Positions 20,364 through 28,845 of a stretch of 64,000 nt of DNA are shown here, in pieces. The stretch is from Candidatus Woesearchaeota archaeon (GTDB lineage Archaea; Nanobdellota; Nanobdellia; Woesearchaeales; 21-14-0-10-32-9). The stretch is from contig JAIPHP010000003.1 in assembly GCA_021735165.1 (NCBI GenBank), positions 1,419-65,418 on the forward strand, given 5' to 3'. The position numbers were made by a program, and so were the translations under genes. Numbering within the stretch: position 1 is the stretch's first letter; each line of letters opens with the position of its first letter. The notes under the pieces are model-generated. The model saw only the letters and a list, made by a program, of their open reading frames with translations, was not told where the DNA came from and made no database searches.

Positions 20364-20767
20364 TGTCAAATAAGATAGATAATTTTAAAGGGAAAAGGCA
20401 CACTTTTTCGCCAGAAGAGAGGGCGAAAGGTGGAAGAAAAAGAACAGATAAGAAAATTTACAATTGTCAGACTAACGCAATCAAAAAAGGTAAAACTGAG
20501 AATGTTTTGAAAGATTGTAATTCTTGCAATATTCCTCTTTGTCCTTTTTTCAAAGAAGATGAGCAATGTAGTATGTTTAATACAAAGTTTGTAAGATTAG
20601 TTTCGTTTAAGAAAAACCTTTCTTCAATAAAAGATTTTGATGCATTTATGTTTAATTTTTTTCAAAGGGGTGCAAGGGCTCAAACATCGGATTCTTTTGA
20701 AGAAATGAAAATATTTCTTGATGACCTTTTAGAATATAGAGAGTGGAAATATGAATCGCTTAGATAA
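20354..20767 (+). CDS. KGG-motif and Cys-cluster protein (paralog 1)
   Basis: DNFKGKRHTFSPEERAKGGRK; CNSCNIPLC...C. Confidence 0.65.
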   Translation: MGIVSNKIDNFKGKRHTFSPEERAKGGRKRTDKKIYNCQTNAIKKGKTENVLKDCNSCNIPLCPFFKEDEQCSMFNTKFVRLVSFKKNLSSIKDFDAFMFNFFQRGARAQTSDSFEEMKIFLDDLLEYREWKYESLR

Positions 20768-21131
20768 TTTCAAAGGAAAGATTCACAAACTTACTAAAGA
20801 TGATTGTATTAGAGGAGGCAAGGTTTCCAGTGAACGTAAAAGAAAAGCAAATGGTATTAAAAATCTTCTTCATGGAAGAAATTCAGATAAACTATTTTTT
20901 CTTTTGAGTTGTATTGATTGTCCCGCTATTGGCAGATGTGAAAAAAGTCATGATGGATATTGTACTTATCTTCTAGAAGAGATGAAACTCAATAGGGATT
21001 TTTCTAAGCAGGTTGCCAGATGTCTTCATGTTGATAAAGAAGGACTTGATCCAACTACTTTTCTGATGAAGAAATATGAATTAAATAAAGAGTATATTGC
21101 TATGTTGTTTCCTAGCGACTCCAATGGATAG
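20751..21131 (+). CDS. KGG-motif and Cys-cluster protein (paralog 2)
   Basis: DNFKGKIHKLTKDDCIRGGK; CIDCPAIGRC...C. Confidence 0.65.
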   Translation: MNRLDNFKGKIHKLTKDDCIRGGKVSSERKRKANGIKNLLHGRNSDKLFFLLSCIDCPAIGRCEKSHDGYCTYLLEEMKLNRDFSKQVARCLHVDKEGLDPTTFLMKKYELNKEYIAMLFPSDSNG

Positions 21132-21203
21132 TTTGCTTCTCGACGGTGTTTATATATGTCTTAGAGCATCATGGATGACAATAATAACACGAGGTATAAT
21201 AAT

Positions 21204-21464
21204 ATGGCAAACAAAAAAACAAAGAAAGATTCTTTTTACCAAATGGCTAAGAAAGTACTCAATACAGAAAAGAAACCTATGCACTATGCAGACATTACAA
21301 GGGAGATCTTAAAGACAAAAGAAAGTAAAGGTAAGAGTCCTGAAAGAACTGTAATGGCTGTAATCATTAGAGATTCTCATGATGTGTTTATGAAAATGGG
21401 TGATGGTGTTTTTGGACTTACTAAATTAAAAGAACTTTATTCCGCTGAAAGTTCAAAGGTTTAA
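21204..21464 (+). CDS. stand-alone HARE-HTH domain protein
   Basis: AKKVL...PMHYADIT...GKSPERTV...GVFGL pattern; start MANKK after GAGGT. Confidence 0.75.
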   Translation: MANKKTKKDSFYQMAKKVLNTEKKPMHYADITREILKTKESKGKSPERTVMAVIIRDSHDVFMKMGDGVFGLTKLKELYSAESSKV

Positions 21465-21677
21465 ATAAGATTCTTGTTTTAGCGGAAAATATTCTCATTT
21501 TTATGAGATTTATTTGCCATTGTATAATTAAAACCCTTAAACTAATGATTTAAGTGCTATTTTTGTGATTTTATCACAAAATTCAACTGTAAATCTCTGA
21601 AAACAGGGTTTTTATGTTTAGATATTATTTGATATTAAGTCTAGTTTTAGTGAGATAATTCCGTTAATTGAGTAATA

Positions 21678-21685
21678 TTTATAAA
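21678..21685 (+). promoter_or_regulatory. TATA box for a probably leaderless transcript of the CARF-HTH/defence operon
   Basis: TTTATAAA 22 nt upstream of the ATG at 21708; no RBS. Confidence 0.5.
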
Positions 21686-21707
21686 CTAGCATAACTTTAC
21701 CACATCC

Positions 21708-22307
21708 ATGACAAAGATACTCATTGCTACGCTCTATGTATTTGAACCTGTAATAGCTTCTGCAACGAAAATGAGTGCTGACAGACTCATTCTACTTATT
21801 GATAAGAAACCCGATAAGAAGCAAGTAGAATCGCTAGAAATACTAAAGAAATCACTTGGTTCAGTCATGGAAATAACTACTGTTGAGACTGAAGTGTATG
21901 ACATTGTTGAAGTAGCAAAAGAGACTGTTAAGATAATTGATCTTCTTTCTGATAAAGATGAAATCTATGTTGATATAACTGCTGGTCGTAAGACTAAAGC
22001 TTTAGGATTATTATTTGGTGCATATGCTCGAACTGACAGAGTAAAAAAGATAATGTATGTAAAAGAAGAGGATAAGTCCATTGTAAGTCTCCCTAAATTA
22101 TCTTATGCTATTACTCCAGGACAATATAAAATAGTTCATTATTTGCACAAGAATTCTATTGTTTCAATGATTGACCTTGCAAAGGAGATAGATATAAGCC
22201 GAGCCATGCTCTACAAACATATCAAAGAACTTAAGGATATGGATGTTATTGAGAACACTAAAGAAGGTCTCCAATTGACTGATTATGGGAGGATAGTGGT
22301 GCTTTAA
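21708..22307 (+). CDS. Csa3-like CARF + wHTH transcriptional regulator
   Basis: Rossmann-like N-terminus with YVDITAGRK; C-terminal HTH (LAKEIDISRAMLYKHIKEL...LTDYG). Confidence 0.8.
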   Translation: MTKILIATLYVFEPVIASATKMSADRLILLIDKKPDKKQVESLEILKKSLGSVMEITTVETEVYDIVEVAKETVKIIDLLSDKDEIYVDITAGRKTKALGLLFGAYARTDRVKKIMYVKEEDKSIVSLPKLSYAITPGQYKIVHYLHKNSIVSMIDLAKEIDISRAMLYKHIKELKDMDVIENTKEGLQLTDYGRIVVL

Positions 22308-22308
22308 A

Positions 22309-23157
22309 ATGGATAAAGAAAACAAGATTGTAGTATTCCAGGATAAAAAGATTAGAAGAACTTGGTTTAATGATGAATGGTGGTTTTCTATACTTGATAT
22401 TATAGGTGTTCTAACTAATCAATCTGATTATCAAAAGGTTCGTAATTACTGGAAATGGCTTAAAAATAAGCTAAAGGAAGAAGGAAGCGAGTTGGTTAGT
22501 GATACTAACCAACTGAAATTAGAAGCAGCAGATGGGAAAAAGTACAAAACTGATGTTGCTAATACTGAGCAAATATTTAGGTTGATCCAGTCAATCCCTT
22601 CTCCAAAAGCTGAACCTTTCAAACAGTGGCTTGCAAAAGTAGGTTATGAAAGAATTCAAGAAATAGAGAATCCTGAACTTGCTCAAGATAGAGCTAAAGA
22701 GTATTATGAACTTAAAGGATATCCTAAAGATTGGATTGACAAAAGACTTCGAGGGATTGCAGTTCGTCAAGCATTGACTGAAGAATGGAGCAACAGAGGA
22801 ATTGAAGAAAAAAGAGAATATGCCATCCTTACTAATGAAATATCTAAAGCAACTTTTGGTGTTGGAATTAAAGATCATAAGAAAGTCAAAGGTCTTGATC
22901 CAAAATTCAAGAATCAGAACCTTCGTGATCATATGACTGATCTTGAGCTTATCTTTAACATGCTTGGAGAAGCATCAACTACTGAGATTGCAAAGAAGAA
23001 AGATGCTCAAGGTTTTGTAGAAAATAAACTTGCAGCTAAAGAAGGTGGAAAGATAGCTGGAGATGCAAGAAAGAATCTTGAACTAAAGACAGGAGATAAA
23101 GTAGTTAGTGAAAAGAACTATCTTGATCTAAAGAAGAAGAGGAAAGAGTTGAAATGA
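22309..23157 (+). CDS. Bro-N domain / antirepressor-like protein
   Basis: IRRTW...WWFSILDII, AADGKKYKTD, SIPSPKAEPFKQWLA, NLRDHMTDLELIF. Confidence 0.85.
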   Translation: MDKENKIVVFQDKKIRRTWFNDEWWFSILDIIGVLTNQSDYQKVRNYWKWLKNKLKEEGSELVSDTNQLKLEAADGKKYKTDVANTEQIFRLIQSIPSPKAEPFKQWLAKVGYERIQEIENPELAQDRAKEYYELKGYPKDWIDKRLRGIAVRQALTEEWSNRGIEEKREYAILTNEISKATFGVGIKDHKKVKGLDPKFKNQNLRDHMTDLELIFNMLGEASTTEIAKKKDAQGFVENKLAAKEGGKIAGDARKNLELKTGDKVVSEKNYLDLKKKRKELK

Positions 23158-24323
23158 CTTGCTATTCCCACTCTCGGATTTCAACTTTTGAACAATGTAA
23201 ATACAAGTACAAACTCCAATATATTGATAAGGTCAAAGTAGATGTTCCGACAACTGTTGAATGCTTTATGGGAGATCTTGTTCATCGTAGTTTGGAGAAG
23301 TTGTATAATGATCTGAAGTTTGAGAAACAGAACAGTAAAGAAGATCTAATCTCTTTTTTTAATGATCTTTGGTCTAAAGAGTGGACTGATGAAATCCTAA
23401 TTGTTAAGGAGGAGTTGAGTTCAGAGAATTATCGTTTGATGGGAGAGAAGTATATCTCTATGTATTATGATCATTATCAACCTTTTAATCAAATGACTGT
23501 TCTTGGTTTAGAGACTCAAGACAGAATGACTTTATCTGATGGAAACCAGTATCATGTAAGAATAGATAAGTTGGCTTGTGTGAGAGATACCTATTATGTC
23601 TGTGACTATAAAACTAATTCACGAATGAAAGATCAAGAAGAAGCAGACGAAGATAGACAACTTGCAATGTATTCAATCTGGGTAAAAGATAAATACAAAG
23701 ATGCAAAGAAAGTGGTTTTGCTTTGGCATATGCTTGCTTTTGATAAAGAAGCTATTTCTTCAAGGACTGACGAACAGTTGGAGAAATTACATTCCGAAGT
23801 TGTTTCTCAAATTAAAGATATTGAATCCTGTACTGAGTATCCTACTAATGTGACTGCACTATGCAATTATTGCGTGTATAAATCAATGTGTCCTTCTTTT
23901 AAGCATGAAGCAGAACTTGAGTTTAAATCTGCTGAAGAATTTACTGATGACTTCGGTGTGCAATTGGTTAATGATTATGCTGAAGCGGACTTTACTGAGA
24001 AAGAAGCTAAAAAGAAAAAAGAAGAATTGAAGATTAAGCTTATTGAGTTTGCAAAACAGAAAGAAGTTGATGTAGTCTATGGTTCTAATAAGAAAGCATC
24101 TGTTAAATCATATGACAAAGTTGTTTATCCAGAAGACAAAGCAGAGTTTATAAAACTCATAAAAGATAAAGGATTATATGATGAAATCAGCATGATTTCG
24201 TATCCTAGATTAAACTCACTTATCCTAAAAAAACAAGTTGATCAGGAAGTAATTGACAAGACTTCAACTGAAACTGATTATAGGATTTCACTATCTAAGA
24301 AGAGAACTGAGGGGGAAGAATAA
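23154..24323 (+). CDS. PD-(D/E)XK RecB/Cas4-like exonuclease with Fe-S staple
   Basis: SHSRISTFEQCKYKY, G..VH, RIDKL, DYKT, QLAMY, CNYC...CP. Confidence 0.88.
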   Translation: MTCYSHSRISTFEQCKYKYKLQYIDKVKVDVPTTVECFMGDLVHRSLEKLYNDLKFEKQNSKEDLISFFNDLWSKEWTDEILIVKEELSSENYRLMGEKYISMYYDHYQPFNQMTVLGLETQDRMTLSDGNQYHVRIDKLACVRDTYYVCDYKTNSRMKDQEEADEDRQLAMYSIWVKDKYKDAKKVVLLWHMLAFDKEAISSRTDEQLEKLHSEVVSQIKDIESCTEYPTNVTALCNYCVYKSMCPSFKHEAELEFKSAEEFTDDFGVQLVNDYAEADFTEKEAKKKKEELKIKLIEFAKQKEVDVVYGSNKKASVKSYDKVVYPEDKAEFIKLIKDKGLYDEISMISYPRLNSLILKKQVDQEVIDKTSTETDYRISLSKKRTEGEE

Positions 24324-25396
24324 TAATGGCACGGAATACAGATAATAATAAAATTGTCATCTATGAAACTGAAAAAGGGTTACCTAATATTGCAGTAAAG
24401 ATCGAAGATGAAACTGTATGGCTCACACAAGCCCAATTAGCTGATCTTTTTAGAACAACTAGACCTAATATAACAATGCATATTAGAAATCTTTTTGATG
24501 AAGGTGAATTGGATGAAAATTCAGTATGTAAGGATTTCTTACATACTGCTAATGATGGAAAAAAGTATAAAACTAAGCATTACAATCTTGATCTTATTAT
24601 TTCTTTAGGTTACAGAATTAAATCTAAAATTGCAACTAAATTTCGTCAATGGGCAACAGCAAGATTGCATGAATTCATAGTAAAAGGTTTTACTATGGAT
24701 GATGAGCGTCTAAAAAAGCTTGGTGGAGGTAATTATTGGAAAGAATTACTTGACCGTATCAAAGATATTCGTTCAAGTGAGAAAGTATTATATCGCCAAG
24801 TTCTTGACTTATATGCAACAAGCACAGATTATGATCCAAAATCAGCAGAATCAATTGATTTCTTTAAAGTTGTGCAAAATAAACTTCACTATGCAAGTCA
24901 TGGAAATACTGCTCCTGAGACAATCTATAATCGTGCAGATGCAGAAAAAGAATTTATGGGTTTGACTTCTTTTAAAGGAGACTTTCCTATCAAATCTGAT
25001 GTGGTTATTGCAAAGAACTACCTTTCAAAAAAAGAATTGAAAGTGCTTAATAATATAGTATCTGCATTCTTTGATCTGGCAGAAGTCAAAGCAATGAATC
25101 AAGAACCAATGCATATGAAAGATTGGATTATACAATTAGATCGTCTAATTCAGACATTTGACAAAGACGTCTTAACTGATGCAGGGAAGATCACTCATAA
25201 GAAAGCAGTGGAAAAAGCAGAAAAAGAATACAAAAAATACCAAGTAAAAACATTATCCCCAGTTGAAAAAGCATATCTAGAAAGCATAAAAGACGTTCAG
25301 AAGAAAGTCAAGAAAAGTGTAAATAAAGGAGCAAATAAAAATGAATGAAGTTTCACTATCTAAGAAGAGAACAGAGGGGGAAGAATAATAATGGCA
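24286..25396 (+). repeat. 46-bp direct repeats (24286-24331, 25351-25396) flanking rhuM
   Basis: TTTCACTATCTAAGAAGAGAAC(T/A)GAGGGGGAAGAATAATAATGGCA, 45/46 identical. Confidence 0.92.
24326..25348 (+). CDS. RhuM family protein
   Basis: TVWLTQAQLADLF, YNLDLIISLGYR, FRQWAT, KGFTMDDERLK, IRSSEK, VQNKLH, IAKNYL. Confidence 0.9.
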   Translation: MARNTDNNKIVIYETEKGLPNIAVKIEDETVWLTQAQLADLFRTTRPNITMHIRNLFDEGELDENSVCKDFLHTANDGKKYKTKHYNLDLIISLGYRIKSKIATKFRQWATARLHEFIVKGFTMDDERLKKLGGGNYWKELLDRIKDIRSSEKVLYRQVLDLYATSTDYDPKSAESIDFFKVVQNKLHYASHGNTAPETIYNRADAEKEFMGLTSFKGDFPIKSDVVIAKNYLSKKELKVLNNIVSAFFDLAEVKAMNQEPMHMKDWIIQLDRLIQTFDKDVLTDAGKITHKKAVEKAEKEYKKYQVKTLSPVEKAYLESIKDVQKKVKKSVNKGANKNE

Positions 25397-27100
25397 AATA
25401 TTACAGAATTAGCAAACTTCATATGGAGTGTAGCAGATCTCTTAAGAGGAGATTATAAACAATCAGATTACGGAAAAGTAGTCTTACCTTTCACGGTTTT
25501 AAGAAGACTTGATTGTGTTATAGAACCAACAAAAAAGAAAGTGCTTGATTATCTTCCAAAAATAAAAGGAATGAATATTAAAAATGCAGATCCAATTCTC
25601 AACAAAATTGCAGGATTAAATTTTCATAACAAAAGTAAGTTTGATTTTGAAAAACTAGTAGCAGATCCTGATAATATTGCTTCAAATCTAAGAAATTATA
25701 TCAACGGATTTTCTGAAGATGCAAGAAGTATAATGGAGTATTTTGACTTTGACAAAGAAATAGGTAAGCTCGATGATGCGAATTTGCTTTATATGATTGT
25801 TAAAAGATTCTCAGAAGTTGATTTACATCCTAACAAAATAAGTAATATTGAAATGGGGTATGCTTTCGAAGAACTTATCAGAAAATTCTCAGAGATATCT
25901 AATGAAACTGCTGGAGAGCACTTTACACCCAGAGAAGTAATTAGACTAATGGTAAATATTCTTTTCTTGAACGACAGAGATATTCTGACTAAGAAAGGAG
26001 TTACCAAAACCCTTTACGATCCTGCTTGTGGTACTGGAGGAATGCTTTCAGTTTCAGAAGAACATTTAAGAGAATTAAACCCAGATGCTCGTTTGGAAGT
26101 CTTTGGTCAAGAAATTAATCCTGAGTCTTATGCTATCTGTAAATCTGATATGGTTATTAAAGGTCAAAATACTGCAAATATAAAATATGGAAATACATTT
26201 ACGCATGATGGATTAGAGTTTAGCAAATTTGATTATATGCTTTCAAATCCTCCATTCGGAGTTGATTGGAAGAAATATGCTAAGCATGTAAAAGATGAAC
26301 ATGGAAACAGAGGTCATGCAGGAAGATTTGGTGCTGGGTTGCCTCGTATTTCTGATGGTTCATTGTTATTTTTACAACACATGATTTCAAAGATGAAACC
26401 GACTGGTTCTCGAATTGCTATTGTGTTTAATGGGTCTCCCCTATTTACTGGAAGTGCAGGTTCAGGAGAAACAGAAATAAGACGTTGGATTATTGAAAAT
26501 GATTGGCTTGAAGCAGTTATAGCTTTACCTGATCAACTATTCTATAACACAGGAATTAATACATATATTTGGATTATTTCAAATAAAAAATCTATTTATA
26601 GAAAGGGGAAAGTTCAATTAATTAATGCTACATCAGACAAATTTTATTCTAAGATGAAAAAGAGTCTTGGAAGTAAAAGACATGAAGTTGACAAAGTTTC
26701 AGAAATTACTTCCCTTTATGGTGATTTTAAGAATGGGAAATTCTGTAAACTTTTTGATAATGATGATCTTGGTTATTGGCAAGTTACTGTAGAAAGACCA
26801 TTAATGAAAGATGGAAAACCAGTTACTGATAAGAATGGCAATCCAAAACCTGACAGCTCATTAAGAGATACTGAAATAATACCATTGACGCAAGACATTA
26901 ATGAATATATTGAGAAAGAAGTAAAGCCTCATGTTCCTGATGCTTGGGTTGACGAATCAAAAACCAAGAAAGGGTATGAGATTAATTTTACTAAATATTT
27001 CTATGAATACAAACCTCTTCGAAGTTTGGCAGAAATCAAGAAAGATATTCTTGCTTTAGAAGAAGAAACAAAAGACATGATCGAGGAGGTTGTTGAATGA
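25391..27100 (+). CDS. hsdM: type I restriction-modification methyltransferase subunit
   Basis: IWSVADLLRG, GEHFTPREV, YDPACGTGG, NPPF. Confidence 0.96.
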   Translation: MANITELANFIWSVADLLRGDYKQSDYGKVVLPFTVLRRLDCVIEPTKKKVLDYLPKIKGMNIKNADPILNKIAGLNFHNKSKFDFEKLVADPDNIASNLRNYINGFSEDARSIMEYFDFDKEIGKLDDANLLYMIVKRFSEVDLHPNKISNIEMGYAFEELIRKFSEISNETAGEHFTPREVIRLMVNILFLNDRDILTKKGVTKTLYDPACGTGGMLSVSEEHLRELNPDARLEVFGQEINPESYAICKSDMVIKGQNTANIKYGNTFTHDGLEFSKFDYMLSNPPFGVDWKKYAKHVKDEHGNRGHAGRFGAGLPRISDGSLLFLQHMISKMKPTGSRIAIVFNGSPLFTGSAGSGETEIRRWIIENDWLEAVIALPDQLFYNTGINTYIWIISNKKSIYRKGKVQLINATSDKFYSKMKKSLGSKRHEVDKVSEITSLYGDFKNGKFCKLFDNDDLGYWQVTVERPLMKDGKPVTDKNGNPKPDSSLRDTEIIPLTQDINEYIEKEVKPHVPDAWVDESKTKKGYEINFTKYFYEYKPLRSLAEIKKDILALEEETKDMIEEVVE

Positions 27101-28362
27101 ACACCTACTCTGAATACAAAGACAGTGGTATTGACTGGATTGGAAAAATTCCAAAGAGTTGGCAAGTTAAGAAATTAAAGTATATTGCAGACATTAAAAC
27201 AGGCGATAAAGATACAGTTGATCGTGAAGATGATGGAAAATATCCTTTTTTTGTTAGGTCACAGACTGTGGAGAAAATTAGTTCATATTCATTTGACGGT
27301 GAGGCAGTATTAACTGCAGGAGATGGGGTAGGCGTAGGTAAAGTATTTCATTATATTAATGGCAAATTTGATTATCATCAAAGAGTATATGGAATAAAAA
27401 ATTTCAAAGATGTAAATGGAAGATATTTTTATTATTTCCTTAAAGAAAATCTGCGTAAAGAAATTGCAAGAAATAACGCTAAATCAACTGTTGATTCTTT
27501 AAGATTGCCAATGTTTAAGGATTTCCATGTTACTTTTGGAAACATAGATGAGCAGAAAAAAATTGTTGATTTCTTAGATTCGAAATCAGAAAGAATTAAA
27601 GAATTTGTACATAAGAAAAAAGAACTTATAGAACTTCTTAAAGCACAGCGAATATCTCTTATCAATCAAGTTATTACTAAAGGTTTGAATAGAACTGTTG
27701 AATTAAAAGAGTCTAATATAACTTGGATTGGAAAATTTCCGAAGCATTGGATTATTAAGAAACTTAAATATAATACCTATATTAAAGGCAGAATAGGTTG
27801 GCAAGCATTAAAAACTGATGAGTTTGTTGATGAAGGTCCTTATTGTGTTACAGGAACCGACTTTAAAGAGGGGGAAATCAATTGGAATAGTTGTTATCAT
27901 GTTGGTGAAGAAAGATGGGCGATGGATAAATTCATCCAATTGAAAGAAAAAGATCTTGTAATTACTAAAGATGGAACAATTGGTAAAATTGCAATTGTAA
28001 AAAATTTAAATGGTAAAGCTTGTTTGAATAGTGGCGTTTTTGTTACAAGACCAAAGAATGAAGATTATATTACTGAGTATATGTATTGGGTTTTAAATTC
28101 AACTATATTTACTGAATTTATTAATTTTGAAAAGAAAGGCACTACTATTTCCCATTTATATCAAAATGTATTCGAGAATATGCCTTATACTCAACCTCCT
28201 ATCTCTGAACAGAAAGAGATTGTTAAATTTTTAGATCAAGAAACATCACAAATAGATAAATCCATAGAAAAGATTCAGAAAGAGATTGGGCTTTTAGAGG
28301 AGTACAAGGAAGCTCTTATTTCTGAGGCTGTGACTGGAAAAATAAAGGTGACGCATGAATAA
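27097..28362 (+). CDS. hsdS: type I R-M specificity subunit
   Basis: YKDSGIDWIGKIP..W, two TRDs separated by EQKKIVDFLD helices, ALISEAVTGKI. Confidence 0.95.
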   Translation: MNTYSEYKDSGIDWIGKIPKSWQVKKLKYIADIKTGDKDTVDREDDGKYPFFVRSQTVEKISSYSFDGEAVLTAGDGVGVGKVFHYINGKFDYHQRVYGIKNFKDVNGRYFYYFLKENLRKEIARNNAKSTVDSLRLPMFKDFHVTFGNIDEQKKIVDFLDSKSERIKEFVHKKKELIELLKAQRISLINQVITKGLNRTVELKESNITWIGKFPKHWIIKKLKYNTYIKGRIGWQALKTDEFVDEGPYCVTGTDFKEGEINWNSCYHVGEERWAMDKFIQLKEKDLVITKDGTIGKIAIVKNLNGKACLNSGVFVTRPKNEDYITEYMYWVLNSTIFTEFINFEKKGTTISHLYQNVFENMPYTQPPISEQKEIVKFLDQETSQIDKSIEKIQKEIGLLEEYKEALISEAVTGKIKVTHE

Positions 28363-28525
28363 AGAAGATAAAAATATACTTCTGGCGATAGGAGGCATGG
28401 CATTACTTGGATGGCTTTTAAGTAAAGACAAATATAAATGTCCTAGATGCAATTATCCCGTTACTAAAGAAATGTATTCTTGTCCTAATTGCGGTCAACC
28501 TTTGGCTTGGGAGGGTAAAAAATGA
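28355..28525 (+). CDS. 56-aa membrane-anchored Zn-ribbon protein (below the ORF-track cutoff)
   Basis: Manual translation MNKEDKNILLAIGGMALLGWLLSKDKYKCPRCNYPVTKEMYSCPNCGQPLAWEGKK; overlaps the hsdS stop and the next ATG (ATGA). Confidence 0.8.
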   Translation: MNKEDKNILLAIGGMALLGWLLSKDKYKCPRCNYPVTKEMYSCPNCGQPLAWEGKK

Positions 28526-28845
28526 CTGATAAAGTTAAACCTCTGCCACCAGTAAAAGTAAAAATCAATCTTTGGAATTATTTAAAGTTAGGATTTTTAA
28601 TTTTAATATCTTGCATACTTTGGATTACATTAATTATTACAGGCATTAATTTGTTAGGGTATTATATTAAATCAATTATAGTTAATGGATTTTTTGATCC
28701 TGAAACCTTAAAATATGCCGTCATGCTTGTTGTTGGAGCTTATTTCTTTTTAATACTCGATAAAAATAAGATCTATGAAGCACTTAATGTAAAGAGGGGT
28801 TTGCCATTCATTACAGTTGAACAAATAGAGGAGAAAAAGAAATGA
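28522..28845 (+). CDS. small 2-TM membrane protein
   Basis: Two hydrophobic helices; ATGA-coupled on both sides. Confidence 0.7.
   Translation: MTDKVKPLPPVKVKINLWNYLKLGFLILISCILWITLIITGINLLGYYIKSIIVNGFFDPETLKYAVMLVVGAYFFLILDKNKIYEALNVKRGLPFITVEQIEEKKK

Noticed and set aside
10878-24323. CRISPR-Cas locus, suggested by two Cas4-like nucleases and a Csa3-like regulator
   Set aside because: No repeat-spacer array and no cas1, cas2 or effector genes seen anywhere in the window.
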